A stretch of DNA of 64,000 bases from Bacteroidales bacterium. GTDB lineage: Bacteria > Bacteroidota > Bacteroidia > Bacteroidales > UBA932. Shown piece by piece: positions 29,709 through 37,991 of the stretch. Position 1 is the first letter of the stretch. Each line of letters begins with the position of its first letter. A program made the translations under genes and the position numbers. The notes under the pieces were generated by a model. The model made no database searches and was not told where the DNA came from. It was given only the letters and a program-made list of their open reading frames with translations. The stretch covers positions 49,763-113,762 of the forward strand of contig JAGBJY010000047.1 of assembly GCA_017934185.1 (NCBI GenBank). The letters run 5' to 3'.

Positions 29709-30152
29709 CTATTTTTTCAGTTCTCCGGCGGCTTTGAGGGCCTTTTCCTTGCGCTTGTCACGCTCTTTCTGCGCCCGTTTTCCGCTGGATTTCCAGTATT
29801 TTTCCCACTGCTGCGGCGTGAAAAAACGCTTGTAGCTATCGTCTATCTGCTGCATCCATTTGTCAAAAACCGCCTGGTACAGGTCCCGGTTCTCCACCTT
29901 GGCCTGCTGCATCTTTTCCAGTTCCTCGTTGCGGGCTTTGAGGTCGTGGGTAAGGGTGGAGTCTACGTAAAACTCCTGCCAGTATTCCAGGTCCAGCAGT
30001 TCGGACAGGCGCTGCACCTCTTTGTCGATGCCCTCCATGAGCGCCTTCTCTTTCTCCTGCGGCGTCTGGGGACCCTGGTTGTTTTGGGCCGCGAGCGTAA
30101 AAACAGAGAGGCTCCCGGCCACAAGAATGTTTAAAAAACGATAAAAATTCAT
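29709..30152 (-). CDS. Hypothetical secreted alpha-helical protein
   Basis: Start moved to ATG 30152 (MNFYRFLNILVAGSLSVFTLAAQ, signal peptide). The longer ORF call overlaps the dipeptidase gene. Confidence 0.7.
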   Translation of the reverse strand: MNFYRFLNILVAGSLSVFTLAAQNNQGPQTPQEKEKALMEGIDKEVQRLSELLDLEYWQEFYVDSTLTHDLKARNEELEKMQQAKVENRDLYQAVFDKWMQQIDDSYKRFFTPQQWEKYWKSSGKRAQKERDKRKEKALKAAGELKK

Positions 30153-30222
30153 ATCTTTGTAAGTTGCTAAACTTTCAAGCAGCATACAAAAGTACGCATT
30201 TAATCCAAAAAGCCCAAATACG

Positions 30223-32007
30223 ATGAGAAAAACCCTCGTAGCAAGCGCCCTTATCGCCACCCTCCTGGGGCTGGCCCCCAAGGCCGATGCCTGCACCAAT
30301 GTGATTATCACCCGCGGCGCCACCCGTGACGGTTCCGTCCTGGTTTCCTACGCCGCCGATTCCCATACCCTTTTTGGCGAACTTTACTACAAGCCTGCGG
30401 CCGACTGGAAGGCCGGTACCATGCTCCAAATCTACGACTGGGACACCCATCGGCCCCTGGGAGAAATAGAGCAGGTGCCCCATACCTATCGCACGGTGGG
30501 CAATATGAATGAGTTTCAGGTAATTATCACCGAAACCACCTGGGGCGGCCGGCCGGAGCTGGAAGACAAGAAAGGCGGCATTGACTACGGCAGCCTCATC
30601 TATGTTACCCTGCAGCGCGCCAAATCGGCCCGGGAGGCCATTGACATCATTGTGGACCTGGCGAACACCTACGGCTATGCCTCGGAGGGCGAGACCTTCT
30701 CCATTGCCGACAAGAACGAGGCCTGGATCATGGAACTCATCGGCAAGGGCATGAACATGCGCAACGGCGTGAACACCAACAAGGGAATTGTGTGGGTGGC
30801 CCGCCGCATCCCTGACGGCGCCATCTGCGCCCATGCCAACCAGGCGCGCATCGGCAAATTCCCCCTGGACGACCCTGACAACTGCCTTTACGCCCCGGAT
30901 GTGATTTCCTTCGCCCGCCGCAAGGGTTATTTTGACGGCCTGGACAGCGAATTCAGCTTCAAGAAGGCCTACAACCCTATTGATTTCGGCACCGTCCGTG
31001 GCTGTGACGCCCGTGCCTGGAGCGCTTTCAACATCCTCACCGACGGCTGGTTCTCCTATTACGACGAAGAAGGCAACCCCGTCACCAAGGATGCCTACGG
31101 CTATCTGGACTACGTAATGGGGCACGACCTCAGCGGTGACTTCCCGCTGTACGTGTTCCCGCGCAAGAAAGCCGGCGTCAAGGAGCTGGCCGATGTGATG
31201 CGCGACCACTTTGAAGGCACCCCCATGGACATGACCCAGGACATTGGAGCCGGCGGCAACGCCCTCCCGTACCGCTGGCGCCCCATGGAGTTCACCGTGG
31301 AAGGAAAAACCTATGTGAACGAGCGCGCCATCGCCACCCAGCAAACCGGTTTCTGGATGGTGGGCCAGGCCCGGAATTACGTTCCTGACGTTGTGGGAGG
31401 CATCCTTTGGTTTGGCACCGACGATGCCGCCACCTCCTACCTCACCCCCATCTACACCAGCACCACCAAGGTGCCGGAGTGCTTCCGGGAAGGCAACGGC
31501 GACATCCTCCACTACTCTCCCACCTCTTCCTTCTGGATTAACAACCGCATCTCCAACGCCTGCTACAAGATGTACAACCAGATGGCCCCGTACGTGCGCG
31601 AGCGCATTGACCTCTTTGAATGGGACCAGATGGAGCGCCGCACCCACTCTGTGGACAGCATGGCCGTGGTCATGTACAACCAGGTGGCCGTGAAGATGCA
31701 GAAGAAACTCTCTTCCAAAGGCGACGTCATGGTGTCCGGACACCCCTTCGACAAGATTATCAAGTACGTGACGGACTACACCGTAAAAACCGCCCAGGCC
31801 CAGTTTGCCGCCTGGCAGGAGTTGGAAGTGGAACTGCTGGTGAAGTTCATGGACGGCAACGTGAAGCCGCAGAACGACGACGGCAGCTTCAAGGTTTCCG
31901 CCGATGACCCCCGCCAGCCGGAAAGCATCGGCTGGCCCGGCTACACCGACCTCTGGAAAGAAACCGTGGCCCAGGAGCACGGGGAAGTAATCCGCGTGAT
32001 TGAGTAA
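30223..32007 (+). CDS. Peptidase C69 family dipeptidase
   Basis: Signal peptide followed by N-terminal nucleophile ACTNVIITRGATRDGS; GNMNEFQV, LQRAKSAREAI, GETFSIADKNEAW. Confidence 0.93.
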   Translation: MRKTLVASALIATLLGLAPKADACTNVIITRGATRDGSVLVSYAADSHTLFGELYYKPAADWKAGTMLQIYDWDTHRPLGEIEQVPHTYRTVGNMNEFQVIITETTWGGRPELEDKKGGIDYGSLIYVTLQRAKSAREAIDIIVDLANTYGYASEGETFSIADKNEAWIMELIGKGMNMRNGVNTNKGIVWVARRIPDGAICAHANQARIGKFPLDDPDNCLYAPDVISFARRKGYFDGLDSEFSFKKAYNPIDFGTVRGCDARAWSAFNILTDGWFSYYDEEGNPVTKDAYGYLDYVMGHDLSGDFPLYVFPRKKAGVKELADVMRDHFEGTPMDMTQDIGAGGNALPYRWRPMEFTVEGKTYVNERAIATQQTGFWMVGQARNYVPDVVGGILWFGTDDAATSYLTPIYTSTTKVPECFREGNGDILHYSPTSSFWINNRISNACYKMYNQMAPYVRERIDLFEWDQMERRTHSVDSMAVVMYNQVAVKMQKKLSSKGDVMVSGHPFDKIIKYVTDYTVKTAQAQFAAWQELEVELLVKFMDGNVKPQNDDGSFKVSADDPRQPESIGWPGYTDLWKETVAQEHGEVIRVIE

Positions 32008-32008
32008 T

Positions 32009-33406
32009 ATGAAAGCCCGTCAGGTACTCCTTTTCATCTGGAGCATCATCCTGGTGCTGGTGGGGCTGTGGCTGGTGATGCCCTCCGACGGCGTGGCGGC
32101 AGGGCCGGTGCAGCTGAGGTTTGCCTCCCGAGAGGCCGACCTCAGGGATGCCGCAGAGGTGAAGGTGGATGTAGATTCCGTGCTGGAGGCCGTGAACCGG
32201 CGCTTCGCCGTAGAAAGGGACACGCTGAACTATTACCGGAAGTTCTTCACCGAGAATCCGGACCGGATTTACCTCCCTAATGACGATGACCACTACTTTG
32301 ATGCCGTTTTCCAGCACATGGAAAAGGCGGCGGCCAGCGGCCGGACCGTGCGTGTAGCGCACTACGGAGACTCCCAGATAGAGATGGACCGCATCTCGCA
32401 GGACCTCAGGGACGCCCTGCAGCAGCGCTTCGGCGGCAGCGGTACCGGCATGTTCCCGGCCCTGGGCAACGTCCCGTCGGCCTCCATTTCCAGAACCTCC
32501 AGCGGCGGCTTTGTGCAGTACACCATGTACGGCGACTCCACCACCGCGCGGGCCGGCCACAACCGCTACGGGCCCCTGGCGCAGGTGGTGCAGCTCAGCG
32601 GCGGCGGCACGGTGACCCTGCGCCCCACCGCCAATAAAAACGCGCGGGAGGGCGCCAAGGAGTTTTCCAGCATCAGCGTCCTGTACGGCAGGGCCTCCCG
32701 GGATTTCTCCCTGAAAATGAAGGCCGATACCCTGAAGGCCGAGGTGAGCACCGAGCGCGGGGAAAGCGGCACCACGCTGGTAACCTGGAAGTTCTCCCGG
32801 CCCATCCGGCGCGTGAGCCTCAGTTTCACCGGCAGCGCAGAGCTCTACGGCATCTCGGCCGACGGCCCTTCCGGCGTAACCGTTGACAATATCCCGCTCA
32901 GGGGCTGCTCCGGCACCATTTTCCACAGGATTTCCAAGCCCCTTATGCAGGAGAGTTTTGCGCTGGACAATACCCGGCTCATCATCCTGCAATTCGGCGG
33001 CAATTATATGCCCGTTGCCCGGAGCACCAAAGTCATTGAGCAGTACCAGGAGCAGATTGCCCGCGAGATTCAGTATTTCCAGGAAGTAGCTCCCCAGGCG
33101 CGCATCCTTTTCATCGGCCCGTCCGATATGGGAAAAAGCGTGAACGGGCGCGTGGTTACCTGGCCCCGGCTGCCGGAGGTGGTGGATTCCCTGAAAGCTA
33201 CCGCACTGCGTAACGGGGCCGCCTATTGGGACCTTTTCCGCATGATGGGCGGCGAGAATTCCATGGGCCAGTGGGTCAAACACAACCCGCCTTACGCCGG
33301 ACCGGACTACATTCACTTTACCCCAGCCGGCGCCCGGGAAGTGGGACAGGCCCTTTCCCGCTCCTTCCTTACTTACTACGACTATTATACGCTCCGAAGC
33401 AAATGA
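32009..33406 (+). CDS. SGNH/GDSL family protein, membrane-anchored (PatB/AlgJ-like O-acetyltransferase candidate)
   Basis: N-terminal TM; HYGDSQ, FGGN, DYIHF motifs; in an operon with an MBOAT gene. Confidence 0.82.
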   Translation: MKARQVLLFIWSIILVLVGLWLVMPSDGVAAGPVQLRFASREADLRDAAEVKVDVDSVLEAVNRRFAVERDTLNYYRKFFTENPDRIYLPNDDDHYFDAVFQHMEKAAASGRTVRVAHYGDSQIEMDRISQDLRDALQQRFGGSGTGMFPALGNVPSASISRTSSGGFVQYTMYGDSTTARAGHNRYGPLAQVVQLSGGGTVTLRPTANKNAREGAKEFSSISVLYGRASRDFSLKMKADTLKAEVSTERGESGTTLVTWKFSRPIRRVSLSFTGSAELYGISADGPSGVTVDNIPLRGCSGTIFHRISKPLMQESFALDNTRLIILQFGGNYMPVARSTKVIEQYQEQIAREIQYFQEVAPQARILFIGPSDMGKSVNGRVVTWPRLPEVVDSLKATALRNGAAYWDLFRMMGGENSMGQWVKHNPPYAGPDYIHFTPAGAREVGQALSRSFLTYYDYYTLRSK

Positions 33407-34602
33407 GAAAACGGCTGACGCTGAGCATATTCCTCCTGCTGCTGTGCCTGCTCCCCCTCCAGGGCCGCAGGATTCCGCGGGAGCCTTTTATCCGCACCGA
33501 CCTCAACGTGCTGCAAAAGCCAGCCGGCAGCGCTCCCTATTACGACCTTTTCCTAAGGAAACTGGACAGCCTCCTCCTTACGGGCGGCACCGACGTGCAC
33601 ATCCTGCACATTGGCGGCTCACACGTGCAGGGCGGCACCCTGAGCGACCGCCTGCGCCGGCATTTCCTAAGCCTTCGTTATGGCATTGACGGCGGCCGGG
33701 GGCTGGTTTTCCCCTACGCCGTGGCCATGACCAATACGCCGGTAAGCTACAACAGCTCCTACGCCGGCGCGTGGGAAAGCGCCAATTGCCTGAAGCCGGG
33801 CGATGCCGAGCTGGGCCTGAGCGGCATGCTGGCCGTTGCGCAGGATACCTCGGCCCGGATGGTCATTGACCTCACGCCCCGGGAGAGTGGAATGTTGCAA
33901 CAGCGCTACAGTTTCAAAAGCGTGGACCTGCTGGGAAGCGGGGAGCTCACCCCCCTGCTGGTGCAGGGCAAAGACACCCTTCGCGGGGTAAAGGGAACGC
34001 ATCTGGTGCACTTTGACCTCCCCTACTTCACCGACTGGCTGTGCCTGGCCTTCGAAGGCAGCGGAAAGTTCTCACTAAGAGGGGTTTACCTGGACCGGCC
34101 GGGCGGCGGACTGAGCCTGAGCGAAGCCGGGGTGAACGGCGCCTCCACCCTTTCCTGGAACCATTGCACCCGCTGGGAGGAAGACCTCAAGCGCGTGATG
34201 CCGGACCTGGTCATTTTTTCCATCGGCATCAATGACATTCAGGCGGCCGATTTTGACGCTTCCCGCTTCAAACGCCATTACCGCTCGCTGATGAAGGAGA
34301 TTCGCAAGGCGAACCCGCGCTGCGCCTTCCTTTTCACGGGCATCAACGACAGCGTCCTGCGCCGGAAAGGCGTGAATCCGCACACGCAGGCGGTGGAAGA
34401 TGCCTGCAAGGACCTGGCCCGGGAGTGCAGCGGCGTGTTTTGGGACTGGTACGCGGTAATGGGCGGCTACGGTTCTATGGATCAGTGGGTTACGGCAGGG
34501 CTGGCCCAGAGCGACCACATCCATTTTACCCCGGGCGGCTACAAGCTGGTGGCCGACCTCCTGTTTGACGCCATCCTGGAAGATTATTATACGCGCCGAT
34601 GA
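33403..34602 (+). CDS. SGNH/GDSL family esterase or acetyltransferase
   Basis: Start at ATG 33403 (MRKRLTLSIFLLLLCLL); HIGGSH, GVNGA, GIND, DHIHF. Confidence 0.82.
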   Translation: MRKRLTLSIFLLLLCLLPLQGRRIPREPFIRTDLNVLQKPAGSAPYYDLFLRKLDSLLLTGGTDVHILHIGGSHVQGGTLSDRLRRHFLSLRYGIDGGRGLVFPYAVAMTNTPVSYNSSYAGAWESANCLKPGDAELGLSGMLAVAQDTSARMVIDLTPRESGMLQQRYSFKSVDLLGSGELTPLLVQGKDTLRGVKGTHLVHFDLPYFTDWLCLAFEGSGKFSLRGVYLDRPGGGLSLSEAGVNGASTLSWNHCTRWEEDLKRVMPDLVIFSIGINDIQAADFDASRFKRHYRSLMKEIRKANPRCAFLFTGINDSVLRRKGVNPHTQAVEDACKDLARECSGVFWDWYAVMGGYGSMDQWVTAGLAQSDHIHFTPGGYKLVADLLFDAILEDYYTRR

Positions 34603-36428
34603 CACAGCTCTTCTCCTTTGACCCGGCGCACCCGCTGCTGTTCACCCAGTTTTACTTCTGGGCCTTTTTTGCGCTGGTGTTTGCCCTGTTCTCGCTGTGT
34701 CACTCCAAGCCCCTCCTTCGCAACGGCTACCTCTTTGCCGTCTCGCTGTTTTTCTACTACAAAACCAGCGGCGTGTTCCTGGCCCTGCTGGTCTTTGTGA
34801 TAGTGTATAACTTCCTGGCGGCCAAGTGGTTGAACCGCTTGCGCCCGGAAAGGGCGCGCAGTGTTTTAACGGGCGTGAGCGTCTTTGTGGACCTGGGCAT
34901 CCTGGCGTATTTCAAGTACGCGTACTTTATCACGGACTTTGTGAACAGGCTCTTAGGGCTGTCCCTGGAAGTGCACGATGTGCTGGGGCAGTGGCTGAAC
35001 CTGCTCTGCGGGGCCTCGGTGTTCCGGGTAGACGCCATTATCCTGCCGGTGGGCATTTCCTTCTTCACGTTCCAGGCGGTGAGCTACATTGTGGACGTGA
35101 AGCGGCGCAAAATACAGCCCGTAGAGAACTTCCTGGATTTTGGCTTTTACCTGAGCTTTTTCCCGCAGCTGGTGGCGGGGCCCATTGTGCGCGCCTCGGA
35201 GTTCATTTCCCAGCTGCACAAGCCCTACAGCCTGAGCCGGCGCTGGTTTGGCATAGCGGTGTTCTGGATTCTGAACGGACTTTGTAAGAAACTGATTCTG
35301 AGCGACTACTTGGCCGTGAACTTCTGCGACCGGGTGTTTGAGAATCCCCTGCTGTACAGCGGCTTCGAGAACCTGAGCGCCCTTTTCTGCTACTCGCTGC
35401 AGGTATACGCCGACTTTTCCGGCTACACGGACATCGCAACGGGCGTAGCCATGCTCATGGGCTTCTGGCTGCCCAAGAACTTCGACTCCCCGTACAAAGC
35501 CCTGAACACGCAGCAGTTCTGGCGCCGCTGGCACATGTCCCTGAGCCGATGGCTGCGCGACTACCTGTACATCCCCCTGGGCGGCAACCGGAACGCATCG
35601 GCCGGTACCTATATCATCATTATAGCGGTGGCGGTGATTGGGAGCTTCCTCAGCGGCAGCTGGTGGGTGGCCGTGGCGGTGTTTGCGCTGGCGGCGCTCA
35701 TCGGCCTCTGGGCCTGGAAACGGCCGCAGGACCGCAAACTCATCACCACCAACATCAACTCCATGAACACCATGCTGCTGGGCGGCCTGTGGCACGGTGC
35801 CAGCTGGAATTTCATGATTTGGGGCGGGCTCAACGGCATTGGCATGATTATCTACAAGTTGTGGACCGCACGCACCCTGGGGCAGAAAGTGCTCATTGTG
35901 AGCTTTTTCACCTTGCTTGTGGGCGCTTTTGCGCTCTGGACGCCCGCGCCGGTGTGGAACCTGTTCTTCGTGTGGCTGCTCATTATCTGGGTGGGAACGG
36001 CCGTGAAAGCCGTCATGCCCGGCCCCGACCGGGCATCTGTGCGCTGGCTTTCCAATGCCTGGGACATCTTCCAGACCTTTGTGTTCATCACCTTCACGCG
36101 CCTTTTCTTCCGCAGCGGCTCCAACCTGGACCCGGCCCAGGCCAATGAACAGGCCTGGAACACCGCCAAGAACATGGTGAACCAGATTGGCAGCGCCTGG
36201 GACCTGTCGCTGGTGCCCCGCATGGCCTGGGAGCACCGTGCCGTGCTGCTGCTTTTTGTGCTGGGCATGATCGTGCACTGGCTCCCGGAGCGCTTCAAAC
36301 GCCGCTACAGGGTGGTTTTTGCCCGTCTGCCGCTTCCGGTGATGGCGCTTCTCGTAGTCCTTACGGTTTTCCTGTGCTACCAGTTCATCACCGCCGACCT
36401 TCAAAGTTTCATCTACTTCCAGTTCTGA
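34599..36428 (+). CDS. MBOAT family O-acyltransferase (AlgI/PatA/DltB-like)
   Basis: LPVGISFFTFQ, FFPQLVAGPIVRA, YADFSGYTD, FWRRWHMSLS.WLRDYLYIPLGGNR, GLWHGA, FIYFQF. Confidence 0.95.
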   Translation: MTQLFSFDPAHPLLFTQFYFWAFFALVFALFSLCHSKPLLRNGYLFAVSLFFYYKTSGVFLALLVFVIVYNFLAAKWLNRLRPERARSVLTGVSVFVDLGILAYFKYAYFITDFVNRLLGLSLEVHDVLGQWLNLLCGASVFRVDAIILPVGISFFTFQAVSYIVDVKRRKIQPVENFLDFGFYLSFFPQLVAGPIVRASEFISQLHKPYSLSRRWFGIAVFWILNGLCKKLILSDYLAVNFCDRVFENPLLYSGFENLSALFCYSLQVYADFSGYTDIATGVAMLMGFWLPKNFDSPYKALNTQQFWRRWHMSLSRWLRDYLYIPLGGNRNASAGTYIIIIAVAVIGSFLSGSWWVAVAVFALAALIGLWAWKRPQDRKLITTNINSMNTMLLGGLWHGASWNFMIWGGLNGIGMIIYKLWTARTLGQKVLIVSFFTLLVGAFALWTPAPVWNLFFVWLLIIWVGTAVKAVMPGPDRASVRWLSNAWDIFQTFVFITFTRLFFRSGSNLDPAQANEQAWNTAKNMVNQIGSAWDLSLVPRMAWEHRAVLLLFVLGMIVHWLPERFKRRYRVVFARLPLPVMALLVVLTVFLCYQFITADLQSFIYFQF

Positions 36429-36438
36429 TTATCCCCGC

Positions 36439-36532
36439 TCGCGAAATCGGTCATTTTTAGTCGTTTTTGACCGATTTCAGTAAAGCGCGTTCGTGAAATC
36501 GTTCATTATTGGCCATTTTTGACAGAAATGAG
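36439..36532. repeat. Tandem pair of ~45-bp REP-like units; first is a hairpin (possible terminator)
   Basis: Stem GAAATCGGTCA (36443-36453) / TGACCGATTTC (36468-36478). A degenerate direct copy starts 52 nt later at 36491. Confidence 0.6.
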
Positions 36533-36544
36533 TATCTTTGAAGC

Positions 36545-37807
36545 ATGAAACAGTTAACCACCCTCCTTCTGGCCCTTCTGGCCCTTGTCCTGCCTGCCGC
36601 CGCGCAGCGCTCTTCCCACGACGAAATCATGGCCGACGTAGAAAAAGCCGGCGGCGTGCATTACATGTACCCCATGGACCAGCCGGCCCCCACCAAGGCA
36701 CCAAAAGGCTACAAGCCTTTCTATATCAGCCATTTGGGACGGCACGGCGCCCGCTTCGCCCTGGGCTCCACGGTGTACACGGACCTTTGGAACGTCCTGT
36801 CATCGGCCCATGAGAAGGGGCTTCTGACCGCCCAAGGGCAGACCCTCTATACCGCGTACGCCCGCCTTTATCCGCTCGTAGAGAAGCGGGAGGGAAACCT
36901 TACCCTCAAAGGGCAGGAGCAGCACCGCTACATTGCCTCCCAGATGATCCGGAACTACCCCGCCGTTTTCAAGGGCAACACCCGCGCCGAGGCCATTTCC
37001 ACCGGGGTGCACCGCGTCATTGTTAGCATGTACAGCTGCCTGGACCAGCTGGACACCCAGGACAGAAGCTTCACATTTACAGCCGATTACGGTTACCCTT
37101 ACCAGGCCTATCTGCTGCCGCCCATCATCGACGTTCCCACCGTTTGGCCGGAGGAAGTGGTGGCCAAATACCATGCGCTGATAGAAGAAACGGCACGCCC
37201 GGCCCAGCTGCTGGCCAAGTGGTTCACGGATGCACCGGCCCTGGTGGAGAATCCTTATAAGTTCTGCGCCGACCTCCATACGGTGGTTTCCACCCTGGAC
37301 AACCTGGCTGCACAGGTGCCGGAGGAGCTTACGCAGGTTTTCACCCCGGAGGAACGCTATCGGCTTTGGTTTGTAGACAATTACAGCCTGTACATGAGGC
37401 TGGGGATGTCGCCGGAAGTGCCCAACATCCGGCCGGAATCCATGAAGGCCCTCTGGCAGGACATTGTAGAAAAGGCCGATGTGGCCTGCTCCGGCGGCCC
37501 GGTACAGCTGAACCTGCGCTTTGCCCACGACAGTTCCCTGATGCCGATACTGTCGCTGCTGGACATTAACGGGATGGGAGTTCGCAGCGCCGACCCTGCG
37601 GTAGTGGCCGATGCGTGGCGTACCTACAACATCCCCATGGCCTGCAACCTGCAGCTGGTGTTTTTCCGCTCCCGCCGAAATGCCGATATCCTGGTGCAGG
37701 TGCTCCTGAACGGCCGCGAGGCCACGCTGCCCCTGCCGATGGCCGCCCCCGGCTCCTTCTACCGCTGGGCCGATGTCCGAGCCCACTACGCCGCCCTGCT
37801 GCCCTAA
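36545..37807 (+). CDS. Secreted histidine acid phosphatase (paralogue of 24290..25588)
   Basis: APKGYKPFYISHLGRHGAR, LRFAHD, MACNLQLVFFR; signal peptide. Confidence 0.88.
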   Translation: MKQLTTLLLALLALVLPAAAQRSSHDEIMADVEKAGGVHYMYPMDQPAPTKAPKGYKPFYISHLGRHGARFALGSTVYTDLWNVLSSAHEKGLLTAQGQTLYTAYARLYPLVEKREGNLTLKGQEQHRYIASQMIRNYPAVFKGNTRAEAISTGVHRVIVSMYSCLDQLDTQDRSFTFTADYGYPYQAYLLPPIIDVPTVWPEEVVAKYHALIEETARPAQLLAKWFTDAPALVENPYKFCADLHTVVSTLDNLAAQVPEELTQVFTPEERYRLWFVDNYSLYMRLGMSPEVPNIRPESMKALWQDIVEKADVACSGGPVQLNLRFAHDSSLMPILSLLDINGMGVRSADPAVVADAWRTYNIPMACNLQLVFFRSRRNADILVQVLLNGREATLPLPMAAPGSFYRWADVRAHYAALLP

Positions 37808-37850
37808 TCGGCCTGCACCGGCTCCCATCGGCCCAATTTCCCGCGCGGCT

Positions 37851-37939
37851 TATCTCGCTGATTCTCAACCGTTTACGCAAAAACAGTAAGCAATTATTGC
37901 TTACTGTTTTTGCGTAAACAACTCTGGTACAGGCACTTA
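37851..37939. repeat. 89-bp box-palindrome-box element, copy 1
   Basis: Perfect 24-bp-arm palindrome 37871-37919 (GTTTACGCAAAAACAGTAAGCAAT-T-ATTGCTTACTGTTTTTGCGTAAAC) with 25-bp TAW-N5-TGA-N3-TCA-N5-TTA-like boxes at both ends; lies between convergent genes. Confidence 0.85.
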
Positions 37940-37991
37940 GGCAACACCGCGTTTGGGCGGGAGGGGGAGCGGGCCCCGGAGGGGCGCGGGG

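Noticed and set aside
37851-37939. 89-bp element as the chromosomal dif site or a plain rho-independent terminator
   Set aside because: Multiple copies and no 11-6-11 XerC/XerD layout; the AT-rich stem with a 1-nt centre is atypical for a terminator, though a termination role is not excluded.
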